Notes: generated from the letters alone by a model not told the origin. A stretch of DNA of 64,000 nucleotides from Candidatus Eiseniibacteriota bacterium (GCA_963823555.1 CAWGMA010000001.1:1408001-1472000); one strand, 5' to 3'. Numbered from the stretch's first letter, positions 1 through 10,184 are shown. Translations and numbers: made by a program.

Positions 1-599
1 CAGGCTGCTTCTCGGCGCAGCGCCGAGAGGGGTCTTCCGCTGAGAGCGTGCACCTCGAGAGCGCGAATCAAGCGCACGCGATCATTGGGATGCAGCCGCC
101 CAGCCGTTTCGGGGTCGATTCGCTCCAGCTCGGCATGCAGGGCGGGTGTCCCGTCGCGATCAGCCCGGGCCTCGAGTGTGGCGCGGAGCTCGGGGTCGCG
201 GGCGGGGCCGGTGAACAGCCCATCGATGAATGCTCGCAGGTAGAGGCCGGAGCCCCCGACGACGACGGCGGGCACGTGCTGCCGATCCAGTCCGGCCAGC
301 GCCTGTCGCGCATCGCGCGCGAAATCGGCTGCCGTGTAGTGAATGAGAGGATCGGCGATATCCAGGAGGTGGTGCGGGACCAGAGCCTGCTCGGCCGCTG
401 ACGGCTTCGAAGTGCCGATCGTCATCCCGCGGTAAACCTGTCGCGAGTCGGCGGAGATGATCTCACCGCCCAGGTGCCGGGCGACGGCGATTCCGACCGC
501 GGTCTTGCCCACCGCGGTCGGCCCGGTCAGGACCCAGATTGGCCCGGGGGCGGACTCGCGCTCGGGCTCAGGTCCGCCCGAAGCGCCGGTCGAGGTCAT
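1..599 (-). CDS. miaA: tRNA dimethylallyltransferase (3' end runs off the window)
   Basis: Manual translation from ATG 599: ...WVLTGPTAVGKT...EIISADSRQVYRGMTIGTSKP...PHHLLD...VGGSGLYLRA...LHPNDRVRLIRALEV. Overlaps the mutL end. Not in the ORF track because it is truncated. Confidence 0.95.
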   Translation of the reverse strand, partial: MTSTGASGGPEPERESAPGPIWVLTGPTAVGKTAVGIAVARHLGGEIISADSRQVYRGMTIGTSKPSAAEQALVPHHLLDIADPLIHYTAADFARDARQALAGLDRQHVPAVVVGGSGLYLRAFIDGLFTGPARDPELRATLEARADRDGTPALHAELERIDPETAGRLHPNDRVRLIRALEVHALSGRPLSALRREAA

Positions 600-2409
600 C
601 GAGGGAGAGCTTGACGACAATGGGGCGGCCATGAGGGCATGCCACCGGAACCTCGCAGGCGAAGAGGTCCTCCACGAGCTGGTTCATCTCGGCGAGGTTC
701 AGCGTATCACCCTTGCGAACCGCGGCATGACAGGCATAGCTCGCGGCCACGGCCTCTTCGAGGCCGGCGCCTCCACGGCGCTCGCGACCGAGGGTCTCGG
801 CCATGTCGATGAGGAAGCGCCCGCTATCGGCGCGGTGGACACCGGGCGGGGTGGCATGGACGGCCAGAGAGCTGGGACCGATCTGGCGCAACTCGAAGCC
901 GAGGCGCCTGAGGAGGGGCTCCGCCTCGAGGAGAAGATCGAGGTCGGACGGGGCCAGGTCGATGACATCAGGCGTGATGAGCCCCTGCCCTGCGACCGGT
1001 CGCTCGCGGAGATGGCCCAGGATGCGCTCGTAGAGCACGCGCTCGTGAGCGACATGCTGGTCGACGATCAGCATGCCGCCCTTCACCGGGCACAGGATAT
1101 AGGTGTTGTGGAGCTGCCAGAGCGGGACCAGCTCGCCTGGCGCCGGCGCCCAGCCCTCGATCTCCGGGCCGAATGCCGGGGCTCGGGACCGGTGCTCGTC
1201 GCCCCCTGCGGCACCGGGCACGCCGGCATCGCGAACCAGGCCAGGATGATCGGTCCCCGAGCCGCCCTCGCCCAGGGCGGGCGCTCCGTCGCGGCGTGTG
1301 CTGAGGACATCCCGGCCGAAGGAGTACTGGATGTCGCTGCGCGGCATGGCGCCGCCCCCGGGCACCACGAAGGCCGCCGGGCCGAGGCGCGCTCCGAGCT
1401 CGCGAATCGCTGCTTCGACGGCACGCACGATGAGACCGTAGACCTCGTATTCGCGGGAGAACTTGATCTCGCGCTTGGTGGGATGCACGTTGACGTCGAC
1501 AAAGCGGGGATCCAGCGTGAGCTCGAGAATGGCGAAGGGATGACGGCCCTGGGGCATCCGATTACGGTAGGCAGTACGCACCGCATGGCCCAGCAGGGGA
1601 TTCTGTACCCAGCGGCCATTGACGAAGAAGGTCTGGTAGTCGCGGTTCCCGCGATGGAGATCGGGTCCGCCGACGAGCCCATTCACCTCGAGAAGCTGGC
1701 TGGCGAAGGTCACGGGGACGAGCTGAGCCGCCAGCTCGCTGCCGTAGACCGCGGCGGCCCGCGCCGCGAGATCGGCCACCGGCGGCAGGTTGAGGAGCTC
1801 CTCGTCGTCCTGGCTCAAGAGGAAGTGGATCCCTGGCAGCACGAGGGCGTAGCTCTGGACGACCCGCGTGACGGCTCGCATCTCGCCACGATCGGAACGC
1901 AGGAATTTGCGCCGAACCGGAGTATTGAAGAAGAGGTCGGCCACGGTGACCGTGGTTCCCGGTGGACGGCCCACCGGACTGGCGGTCAGAATGGCGCCGC
2001 CGGCGACTTCGATCTGCATGCCGCCAAGGCTCTCCGGGGCCCGTGTCGAGAGCGTGAAGCGAGAGATCTGGGCGATCGTCGGCAGAGCCTCGCCCCGGAA
2101 GCCGAGAGTGCGGATGTGGGCCAGATCCTCCGCGGTGGACAGCTTGGATGTGGCATGGCGCCGGAGCGCGAGGTGGGCCTCTTCCTCGGTCATGCCGCAA
2201 CCGTCGTCGAGAACCCTGAGGAATCGGTCGGGTGCGCTGCGGATCGCCACCGAGATCTTGCGGGATCCGGCGTCGATCGAGTTCTCGATGAGCTCCTTGG
2301 CCACCGAGGCCGGACGTTCGATGACCTCGCCGGCCGCGATATGGGCGACGACCTCAGACGGCAGGATCCGGATGCGAGGTGGTTGTGTGGCGCTGTGAGT
2401 TTCGGTCAT
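568..2409 (-). CDS. mutL: DNA mismatch repair endonuclease MutL
   Basis: IAAGEVIERPASVAKELIENSIDAG, HATSKL, TLGFRGEAL, DVNVHPTKREI, DQHVAHERVLYE, ACH, CPHGRP. Start taken at ATG 2409 (track ORF begins 2520). Confidence 0.97.
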   Translation of the reverse strand: MTETHSATQPPRIRILPSEVVAHIAAGEVIERPASVAKELIENSIDAGSRKISVAIRSAPDRFLRVLDDGCGMTEEEAHLALRRHATSKLSTAEDLAHIRTLGFRGEALPTIAQISRFTLSTRAPESLGGMQIEVAGGAILTASPVGRPPGTTVTVADLFFNTPVRRKFLRSDRGEMRAVTRVVQSYALVLPGIHFLLSQDDEELLNLPPVADLAARAAAVYGSELAAQLVPVTFASQLLEVNGLVGGPDLHRGNRDYQTFFVNGRWVQNPLLGHAVRTAYRNRMPQGRHPFAILELTLDPRFVDVNVHPTKREIKFSREYEVYGLIVRAVEAAIRELGARLGPAAFVVPGGGAMPRSDIQYSFGRDVLSTRRDGAPALGEGGSGTDHPGLVRDAGVPGAAGGDEHRSRAPAFGPEIEGWAPAPGELVPLWQLHNTYILCPVKGGMLIVDQHVAHERVLYERILGHLRERPVAGQGLITPDVIDLAPSDLDLLLEAEPLLRRLGFELRQIGPSSLAVHATPPGVHRADSGRFLIDMAETLGRERRGGAGLEEAVAASYACHAAVRKGDTLNLAEMNQLVEDLFACEVPVACPHGRPIVVKLSLDDLDRRFGRT

Positions 2410-2620
2410 CGGCACTAACGGCAGTGGACACGCGGGAATCGATGGCGACGGCGAAGAATGCGCCGCACGCACGGTAAGTGTCAACTGAAACCTGGCACGT
2501 TTGACCGCGACAGGGCCCAATGCTAGCGTGCGCGCTCATGCAGCGATCGGATACCCTTCCCGCCGCGGGCGGGCATCTTGGTTGCGGATCCAGGTTGCTC
2601 CGGGACGGGACCACGAGACC

Positions 2621-3322
2621 ATGATGGACCCGCATCCGGCGATCGTCCTGACGACCCTCATCGACACCTTGCCCAGCGGGGCCCATGTGCTCGATCTCGG
2701 GGCGGGCGGCGGGACGTTCCCCTATGCAGATTATCCACATCTCCACATCGCCGCCGCCGAGCTCAGGCCGCGTAGCGAAGCCATGGCGCGCCTCGCCGGC
2801 CGGCTGGTCAACGCCAGCGCCAGTACCCTCCCCTTCCGCACGGCGAACTTCGATCTCGTCGTGGCGCACTGGCTGTTCGAACACGTCGACGATCTGGCAG
2901 GGACGTTCGACGAGGTCCGGAGGGTGCTCCGGCCCGGGGGCCTCCTGGCGGTCGCAGTGCCCAACTCGCACAGCTTCGAGGACCGCTGCTACCGTTTCGC
3001 GAGCCACGTCTACAAGTACGCCTTCCTCCATTTCAGGAAACGAATCGAGCACGTCCAGGTCCTGACCTTCCTCGATCTGAACGAGGAGCTCTACCGGCGC
3101 GGCTTCCGGCTCCTGCGCTTCCGCACCGAAGACGCAGGCTATTGCTGGCTGGATGTCCGGCAGCTCCGGCGGCTGCGGCCGGCCATCATGGCGGTCCTCG
3201 GAGCCTTCCGGCGCCTCGGGTGCGACGGCTTCGCGGGAGCCAACTACCGTCTTCTCTACTGGCTTCCGGGAGAGTCCGAACCCGCCCAGAATCTGGGGGG
3301 CGACTACCTGCGGCGAGAGTGA
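2621..3322 (+). CDS. class I SAM-dependent methyltransferase
   Basis: VLDLGAGGG motif I, LPF..NFDLV, FEHV, RRVLRPGG. Start at ATG 2621 is inferred. Confidence 0.85.
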   Translation: MMDPHPAIVLTTLIDTLPSGAHVLDLGAGGGTFPYADYPHLHIAAAELRPRSEAMARLAGRLVNASASTLPFRTANFDLVVAHWLFEHVDDLAGTFDEVRRVLRPGGLLAVAVPNSHSFEDRCYRFASHVYKYAFLHFRKRIEHVQVLTFLDLNEELYRRGFRLLRFRTEDAGYCWLDVRQLRRLRPAIMAVLGAFRRLGCDGFAGANYRLLYWLPGESEPAQNLGGDYLRRE

Positions 3323-3352
3323 TCGGCGTCGGTGAGCGGGGGCTGTCGGGGA

Positions 3353-5140
3353 TCAGCCGATGCGGGCCACCAGGTCGTCGAAGGTGGCGACATCGGCCGG
3401 GAAGTGGATCTGGTTCCCGCGGACATCGAGGCTCGAAGCCCCAGGCTGCTCGCTATCGAGCTGGCCGAGAACGGTGCGCGCCCGAAGCACCATCCTCCCG
3501 CCCCCCTTGTCGGTGTGGGGGTTGAGTACGGCAAAGCGGGTACGCCCGAGGCGGGCCATGGCGTCCATGGCTCTCAGTTGACCGTGAAAGCGGCGGGCAA
3601 AGGTGAGGACGAGCTCCTCCGGCGGTGGCGGGGTACCCAATGGCCCCTCGAGCTCGAACACCGTGAGTAGGAATGGAACCGCATAGCGCTCGGAGCGCTT
3701 CACCTCCGCCCGCAACAGGGCGAGAAGTCCCCGCCGGTCGAGGATGCCTTCCGTGGCGCCGATTCCAGTCGACTGCGGTGCGGCGAGGGCGAGCGCTCCG
3801 GCCGCATGGAGTCCCAGCCGCTCGAGGAGGCGTCGTTCCTCGGTGCTCCATAGCTCACCATCGGCGGCGCTTGCGGGGACGCTGCGAAAGACGGCCAGGG
3901 TGCCGAGGCATTCGTGGCCGCGCCGGATGGGTGCGGCCAGGCCCTCGACGCGGCGCTCGCCGACGATGAAGCCGGGTTTGACCTGGCTCTTGAGGGCGGC
4001 CCGGGCGCTCGCCGCCAGCTCCTCTTCGGCAGCAACGAGGATCGTCTGCTCCCCGGCGAGGGCGGTCGGGAGCGAGGGCACGATCTCCGGGTCCTGCATT
4101 CCCGGCAGGCGCATCACGATCAGCTCCGGATGAAGCTCGGTGCGGATCGCCTCACGCAGGGTGGCGATGATCGCCTCCTCACCCGTGGCATCGGCAATCT
4201 GAGCCGCCAGGTCGGCCATGCGCTGGGCCTCGGCCTGGTCGCGTTTCAGGCGATCCACCTCCCCCGCCAGAGAGAGCAAGCGCCCCAGACGGCGAGCGGT
4301 ACGCCGCAAGACCATGAGCCTCTCGTCCGCCTCATGCGCCGGAAGCCTCAAGTCGAGGAACCAGACCACTCCCGGTACCGACTCGAGCGGGAACGCGGCC
4401 AGTGCCCGTGGCGGCGAGGGAGTCCAGTCCTCATCGCCGGTTGCGGGTTCATGCCGGACATAGATCTGCGGAACCCCCCCGAGTGCCAGGCGGGAGATGG
4501 CATCGGGTGCCGCGGCCGATTCGGCCCCGGGACCGGCCACGATCCAGTCGCCCGGTTCGAGCACGCCGCCGCGGACCAGACCGATGGCGCACGCCTCGGC
4601 GTCGAGCAGCTGAGCCCAGCTCTGGGCCAGGAGCTCGAGGCGGTGCGGGAGCTCCCCTTCCCCGGCGATGATCTCATCGAGCCCATCACGAAGCATGACC
4701 TCGAGCTGCGGGCTACCGCGTCCAGTGGACGGCGCGGATGGGGCGGGTCGCGATGGCTCGGGTGCGGGCCCAGGGCTTGGTTTCGCGTCGATCACCGGTT
4801 CGCAGGTGGCCGCGATACCGGGGTGGATATCGATCGTGATCCCGTAGCGAGAGGCCGCTTCGGTGGTCGTGAGAATCTCGGCGGCCAACCCCACGTCCGC
4901 GACGCGGCGACGGATCTCCACCTGGGCTTCATCAGGCACGACGATGAGATCGGGCGCGCGATCGCGTAGCGTCTCGACATCGGTGCCGGTGGGAATGGCA
5001 AGGACCTGCGCAATCTTGTAGGGAGTTGAGTGCGAATCGGGATGCACGGCCCCGACCACCTCGAGATCCGGACGCTGTGCCATCGCCGACAAGAGCTCGA
5101 GTTGCTCCGGAGTGAGGTTGACGAGAGCGACGCGGGTCAT
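3353..5140 (-). CDS. signalling protein: N-terminal Rossmann-like domain, GAF-like domain(s), C-terminal degenerate GGDEF domain
   Basis: GAF-like LAAPIRRGHECLGTLAV..WSTEERRLLERLG. GGDEF fold (GILDRRGL..EVKRSERY..LRAMDAMARLGRTRFAVL) with GRTRF in place of GGDEF. Confidence 0.75.
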   Translation of the reverse strand: MTRVALVNLTPEQLELLSAMAQRPDLEVVGAVHPDSHSTPYKIAQVLAIPTGTDVETLRDRAPDLIVVPDEAQVEIRRRVADVGLAAEILTTTEAASRYGITIDIHPGIAATCEPVIDAKPSPGPAPEPSRPAPSAPSTGRGSPQLEVMLRDGLDEIIAGEGELPHRLELLAQSWAQLLDAEACAIGLVRGGVLEPGDWIVAGPGAESAAAPDAISRLALGGVPQIYVRHEPATGDEDWTPSPPRALAAFPLESVPGVVWFLDLRLPAHEADERLMVLRRTARRLGRLLSLAGEVDRLKRDQAEAQRMADLAAQIADATGEEAIIATLREAIRTELHPELIVMRLPGMQDPEIVPSLPTALAGEQTILVAAEEELAASARAALKSQVKPGFIVGERRVEGLAAPIRRGHECLGTLAVFRSVPASAADGELWSTEERRLLERLGLHAAGALALAAPQSTGIGATEGILDRRGLLALLRAEVKRSERYAVPFLLTVFELEGPLGTPPPPEELVLTFARRFHGQLRAMDAMARLGRTRFAVLNPHTDKGGGRMVLRARTVLGQLDSEQPGASSLDVRGNQIHFPADVATFDDLVARIG

Positions 5141-5823
5141 GCCGCCTCCTCGCTGTCTTCAGACGGTCCCGTCTCCGCGGTGGGCTCGCTCTTCCGCTCG
5201 GGGGTCGCAAGGGTCCTTGATCTGGACTGACTCAAGTCGAGCATGCTCACGCCGCGCGACGGCAAGTAGTCCGCTTCCAGGGGCTCGGCGGCCCGCTTCA
5301 GGCGGCGGAGCACTTCGTCGATGCGGCCGACGGCGCCGTGCAACGTGGCGACGCGCTCTGGCGGGGCGCCTTGATCGCGACGCAGGAGTTCGATCTCACC
5401 GGAGAGGATGGCCAGCGGATTGTTGATCTCGTGGCACAGGGCGATCGTGGTCTCGGCGAGGGCCCGGAGGCGTTCCACTCGCAGTCGGGCGGAGATCTCC
5501 TCGAGCGTGATGAGCACGCTTCCCGGCACCGAGGGTGGGCCGTGACCGATCCTGAGCTGGACCATGCGGGACTCGGTCCCGGAGCGCAGAAGCACGGCCG
5601 GCTCCTCGAGCCCGGCGCCGCCGGCCCGCACCCGCGCCACATAGGCGGCCACGCGCACTCCCGGCAGGCACTGAGCCAGGCTGCGGAGGTCGGTCTGGCC
5701 CGGCGCCATGCCGTCGGCGGCAACGTTCCGGTAGATGACCCGTCCGTCGTTCCCGATGAGCCAGACGCTCACGGGGAGCGTGTCGGCCAGCTCGGCGGCC
5801 AGTCCGGTACGTTCATCCATCAT
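5137..5823 (-). CDS. PAS domain plus HisKA dimerisation/phosphoacceptor protein lacking an ATPase domain
   Basis: PAS-like LPVSVWLIGNDGRVIYRN. H-box LCHEINNPLAILSG. No N, G1 or G2 boxes before the stop. Confidence 0.75.
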   Translation of the reverse strand: MMDERTGLAAELADTLPVSVWLIGNDGRVIYRNVAADGMAPGQTDLRSLAQCLPGVRVAAYVARVRAGGAGLEEPAVLLRSGTESRMVQLRIGHGPPSVPGSVLITLEEISARLRVERLRALAETTIALCHEINNPLAILSGEIELLRRDQGAPPERVATLHGAVGRIDEVLRRLKRAAEPLEADYLPSRGVSMLDLSQSRSRTLATPERKSEPTAETGPSEDSEEAA

Positions 5824-8081
5824 CAAGGTGCCACAGAGCGCGCTGCACCCTCGTTGCCGGCGGCGTCCGCAGCGCGCACGAAGACGGTCTCCGCGTCCGG
5901 GCCGGAGCCCGGGTCGCGGGGGAACTCATAGCCGGCCGCACGGGCTCGGGCCGCCTCTCGAGCGAGATCGATCTCGAAGCTGAAGCTCTCCGTCAGCGCG
6001 TCGAAGATGCCATCGAGCGGGAACGCCGGTTCCCAGGTCCGTGCATCCACGGAATACTCGAACGCCCGCACCGCGCTGAGCTCGTCCACGACCGTGGCAT
6101 TGACCACCAGGCGCTCCTCGGCCGCACGCTCGACCCGCAGTTTGGTGATCCGCGGCGGCGTGTTGTCGACCACAAATGAATTCGAGTCGAGCGAGTCCGT
6201 CAGTGCGGTTGCATCCGGGTTCGAGCGACGATCGCTGGCGATCACTTTGAGACGGTATTCGCCATCCGGCAGCCCGGCGGTCGAAAAGGGGTGCGTCTGA
6301 TCCGGCACGTCTTCGGCCAGTGGGCGCCAGCGCCCCTCTCCCTCTCCGCGCACGAAGAGGTTGAAATCGAGACGGTCCCCATTGGGATCGTCGGCCACCC
6401 AGTTGGCGACCTTGACATCCCGGAGCCATGGCACCTGGTCCCGCCGGAGCGCTCTCACCGGCTGCCGGGGCCGCGAGAACTCCGCCTGAACCCCGTTATC
6501 CATGTTCACGATGATGCGATCCGGTGGTCCATCCATCGGTTGCGGCATCATCCGTTCGTTGGGCTCGGTGACCTCGACGATCTGGATGCGCGGAGGGAGG
6601 TTCTCCTGGCGGTAGGCCACCACGACGCGATCGAGTCGCGGAGAGCGGGTGCTGTTGCCCTTGAGCGTGGCCTGCCACTGGACGAACCGGGCCGGCGGGC
6701 TCTGGATGGGGGCCCCGGCGGGGTCCGTGAGCGGAGCGGACCAGTCGCTCCACGTCTCGTCCGGGCTCTCCGTATTTCCGGTCCGGGTGCGCACCTCGAT
6801 GGCCGTGCCGGGCGGCTCCTCGCCGACGAACCGCAGGCGTCCCCAGCCAGCCACATTGCCGGCATCGAACGGGTTGACCGTCATGGTGCCGCTGGCCACG
6901 ACTTGTGGCCCGAGTCGATACACGCGGCCCGGGTTGGCGGTCCCGACCAGCACACCATCCGGTGTGCGCTCGAGGCAGAGCACCTGGGACTCCTCGGTCT
7001 GGAGTAGACGTGTCGCGTTGCCACGAGCGTCGAGCTGGTAGATGGCTCCTTCATCACCCGTCGCGGCGAGGATGTTCCCCTGCTCATCGGGTTCGATGGC
7101 GAGCACGATGTTCTCCGGTGCCCGCCAGAACTGCGTGACCGCACCGCCAGGAGTCCGCCGGTAGATCACGCCGCGTCCGGGAGGGGGGCCCTGCGGAGCG
7201 CGCTGCTGCGCGTTCGCCGATCCCCCCTGGGATCCGGATCGAGCCGGGCGGACCTCGATCACGTCACCCGTGGTCGGCAGATCCGCCTCTTCGCCCGGCC
7301 CGGCGCTGCCGGTAGCGGCGATCAGCAGGTTGCCTTGCTGATCCCAGGTCAGGGCCTTGATCTCTTCCTCTCGGGCGTCATAGAGGACTCGTCCCTGGTC
7401 CTGCGCCGTTATCTCGAGCACCAATCCAGAGCCCGAGGTCCCGACCAGCCACGCGTTGCCGGTCCCAGCAGGCAAGAGGCACAGCAGATGGATCTCGTCG
7501 GAGTCGTAGTAGGCGGACGCTTCTCCCTGGCGGTTCACGCGATAGAGGCGCCCTCGATCGCCAGTGGCTGCCAGGAGATCGCCGTCGGCGGCGAAGGCCA
7601 GTGCCCAGATGTAGGTCTCGGGCAGATCGCAGAACGTCTCGGCCTTGCCATCCTTGATGCGGATGATGACGCCATCGGGAGCACCACCCGCATAGACAGC
7701 ACCGTCGGGTCCCACCGCGACGCTCAGAATCTGCAGCTCGATCGAGTCATGGAGCGTCTCCCCTGGCCCTCGCTTCGGAATACGGGCGATGAGTCCGCCG
7801 TCTCCCGTGCCGGCGATCACCGAGCCATCCTTGGCCTGTGCCAGGGCCCAGATGTAGCTCTGGCCGGGATCCAGCACGAGTTCGAGTTCGGGGGCGAGCT
7901 CGGCTGCGCCGCGGGCGGTGATGGAAACGTGCTCCGTTTCCGAATCGGCGAAGTCGATGGGGCCTCCCAGTTCCCAGTACGCGGTATCCACGGCCAGCGC
8001 CGTCTGCGCCGCAAGGGCCATAGCGAGCACGGCGACCGTCCTGGGCGCTGCTCCGTGATACCAAGCCTCCCGCCGTTTCAT
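5823..8081 (-). CDS. secreted beta-propeller (WD40/NHL-like) protein with C-terminal Ig/FN3-like domains
   Basis: Signal peptide. Repeated blades (YIWALA..DG..AGTG..G.IYR). ATGA overlap with the upstream peptidase gene. Confidence 0.8.
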   Translation of the reverse strand: MKRREAWYHGAAPRTVAVLAMALAAQTALAVDTAYWELGGPIDFADSETEHVSITARGAAELAPELELVLDPGQSYIWALAQAKDGSVIAGTGDGGLIARIPKRGPGETLHDSIELQILSVAVGPDGAVYAGGAPDGVIIRIKDGKAETFCDLPETYIWALAFAADGDLLAATGDRGRLYRVNRQGEASAYYDSDEIHLLCLLPAGTGNAWLVGTSGSGLVLEITAQDQGRVLYDAREEEIKALTWDQQGNLLIAATGSAGPGEEADLPTTGDVIEVRPARSGSQGGSANAQQRAPQGPPPGRGVIYRRTPGGAVTQFWRAPENIVLAIEPDEQGNILAATGDEGAIYQLDARGNATRLLQTEESQVLCLERTPDGVLVGTANPGRVYRLGPQVVASGTMTVNPFDAGNVAGWGRLRFVGEEPPGTAIEVRTRTGNTESPDETWSDWSAPLTDPAGAPIQSPPARFVQWQATLKGNSTRSPRLDRVVVAYRQENLPPRIQIVEVTEPNERMMPQPMDGPPDRIIVNMDNGVQAEFSRPRQPVRALRRDQVPWLRDVKVANWVADDPNGDRLDFNLFVRGEGEGRWRPLAEDVPDQTHPFSTAGLPDGEYRLKVIASDRRSNPDATALTDSLDSNSFVVDNTPPRITKLRVERAAEERLVVNATVVDELSAVRAFEYSVDARTWEPAFPLDGIFDALTESFSFEIDLAREAARARAAGYEFPRDPGSGPDAETVFVRAADAAGNEGAARSVAP

Positions 8082-9982
8082 GGCTTCATCCCTCCCGCTG
8101 CACCCTTCGCCTTGATCTCGAGGCGCAGTTCCTGGCAACCGCTGAGCTGGTACACCGTCGCCACCCGATCCTCATGGAGAAGCCGGCCCCAGCTTCCGCT
8201 ACGTCCCCCGGTCCTCCGGTTCGAATCCATGATGCGGAACACGCTCCCCGGGAGGCCCTGCATTTCACGGCCATCGACCACCACGCCCTTGGCATCCCCG
8301 TGCAGGGTGACGCGCAGGATATGACTCCCGCTCGTCTCCTCGATGAGCTCCACCAGTTGCGGCACCGTGGCCGGTGCAAAGCGCCGCGGGGCTCGCTCCG
8401 CCTCCCAGCGCGCAGCACCATCTGCCGAGCAGAAGCGCAGGAGAGCTGGACCAGGAGTGGCGTCGCTGGGGATCCCGATCTGGATGGCAATCGATTGCCG
8501 CGGTGCGGCAAAGACGTTCAAGAACACGGTGGCGGCAATCGAATCGCCGGGCGCGACCTCGTAGCGGTCCGCGATGAGCTCTTCGATCGCGGCCGCCCGG
8601 ATCGTGGATTGCACGTTCACCTCGAGGTCCACGCGCCGGATCTCGAGCGGCTCGACGCTGTTGAACAGCAACGTGCTGACCGGTGCCGACACCCTCTCGG
8701 CCAGGGCAGCCGGCGCCTGGGTCGAGGCCAGCAGGTCCCTCACGGCGAGCTTGGTCCCATCAGCGAGCTCGACCGTGAGCGCCAGGTCGAGGGTGGCATC
8801 CCCGAAGGCCTTCTCATCTGCCGTGAAGCTGTTCAGAGCGACGACACCGACGAACTGAGACAGGAAGAACTTGTTGCGCACGATCTCGAAGTGGTAGCGG
8901 CGCTCGCTTCCTGATTCACGCAGGAGAACGCTGACAGGCACCATCGGTGCGGCCGGGCCGAGCCGACCTGAGATCCCGCTCAGCTGATCCATCGTGACAT
9001 GCCCAACCGCGGCGTCGGCGTTGCCGATCACGAAAGAGATCGCCTGTGATGGATAGACCGTGATCACTTCCGCGCTGGTCATGGGCATGTCGACTGGACC
9101 CGCCTGGAACATCGGATGACCGAAGGCCAGCACGCGATCGCCATCGACATAGGTCACCGTGCCGAGGGCGGTCACCTCGACATCGCCGCGGACGATCTGC
9201 ACGCCGACCGGGGCTCCCGGTTCGAGCCGCGTCGGCGTCCCCGCGCCGCCTCCCGAGGCGCCGCCGCTCACGGCCTCGAGTCCGAAGCGGGAGAGAAGTG
9301 GGGCCAGGGCGGCGCGAGCCTGGGGCGTGAAACCGGCGAGGACGAGTGGAGTCCCGATGGGCTGGATGTCGCCAGAGGCCGTGCCTGGCCCCGGCCTCGA
9401 TCCCATGGACGATCGAGCGTCATCCCCGCCTGGATTCGAAGTCGAGTATCCATCGTCGATGCCAGGGAGCCAGGAAGCCCCGTTCAACGGGGATTCGGGC
9501 GCCGAGGGGTCCGGGTACGACGCAGTCATCAGCGGCAGCATCTCGGCAATGGGCGTCACTCCCGCGATCGGGCGTTCGGCGAAGCCCCCGAGGTTGTACG
9601 CCACCGCCCCGGCCAGCCGTCCGTTCAAGTACACGGGACTTCCCGACATGCCGCGGAAAACCCCGGTATCGGCGATCCGGCCCCCACTGGCTTCGATCAC
9701 GATCAAGTCGCCGCCCGGCACCCAGCTGCGCAGAACGCCCAGGACTTCCACCTGGAACTCCGCGATGCCATCGCGTGAGAACGTGGTCCGGCCCACACCG
9801 CGCATGCCTGGGGTGATCTCGTCGACGCCAATGAACAGGGTGCGGTCGAGACCGGGCGGAACCTCACCGGCTTGGCTTGCTCCGGCTCGGCTCAGGGAGC
9901 CGGTGAGGAGCGTGGATGCGGCGAGGAGCATGTACAACCAACGCGCCGGTGTTCGGCGACCGCGGTGACCAGCTGCGATCAT
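8078..9982 (-). CDS. SpoIVB-like (S55) serine peptidase, secreted
   Basis: GMSGSPVYLNGRLAGAV and LAFGHP motifs, hydrophobic signal segment. Start uncertain (9982 or 10015). Confidence 0.85.
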   Translation of the reverse strand: MIAAGHRGRRTPARWLYMLLAASTLLTGSLSRAGASQAGEVPPGLDRTLFIGVDEITPGMRGVGRTTFSRDGIAEFQVEVLGVLRSWVPGGDLIVIEASGGRIADTGVFRGMSGSPVYLNGRLAGAVAYNLGGFAERPIAGVTPIAEMLPLMTASYPDPSAPESPLNGASWLPGIDDGYSTSNPGGDDARSSMGSRPGPGTASGDIQPIGTPLVLAGFTPQARAALAPLLSRFGLEAVSGGASGGGAGTPTRLEPGAPVGVQIVRGDVEVTALGTVTYVDGDRVLAFGHPMFQAGPVDMPMTSAEVITVYPSQAISFVIGNADAAVGHVTMDQLSGISGRLGPAAPMVPVSVLLRESGSERRYHFEIVRNKFFLSQFVGVVALNSFTADEKAFGDATLDLALTVELADGTKLAVRDLLASTQAPAALAERVSAPVSTLLFNSVEPLEIRRVDLEVNVQSTIRAAAIEELIADRYEVAPGDSIAATVFLNVFAAPRQSIAIQIGIPSDATPGPALLRFCSADGAARWEAERAPRRFAPATVPQLVELIEETSGSHILRVTLHGDAKGVVVDGREMQGLPGSVFRIMDSNRRTGGRSGSWGRLLHEDRVATVYQLSGCQELRLEIKAKGAAGGMKP

Positions 9983-10184
9983 GAAATTCCCCCGGGGGGT
10001 CGTATGGCGTCTCATCTGGCGGTCACGGCCCGAGCCGGAGAGACGGCAAGGCCCCATTCTCTCTATTGTCGGCAGTCCGGTGCCCTTCCTTGGGCCGCTT
10101 GTGGCGGACTGAAGACAGCCTCCATGGCGGCGCCCGCCGGATGGCCGGCGGGCGCGTTCGCGTCGTGGCGTTCCTGGAGGCCGC

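Noticed and set aside
457..2418. 653-aa plus-strand ORF
   Set aside because: Antisense shadow of mutL in high-GC DNA, with no recognisable motifs.
2492..2510. Possible sigma54 promoter (TGGCACG)
   Set aside because: No GC at the required GG-N10-GC spacing.
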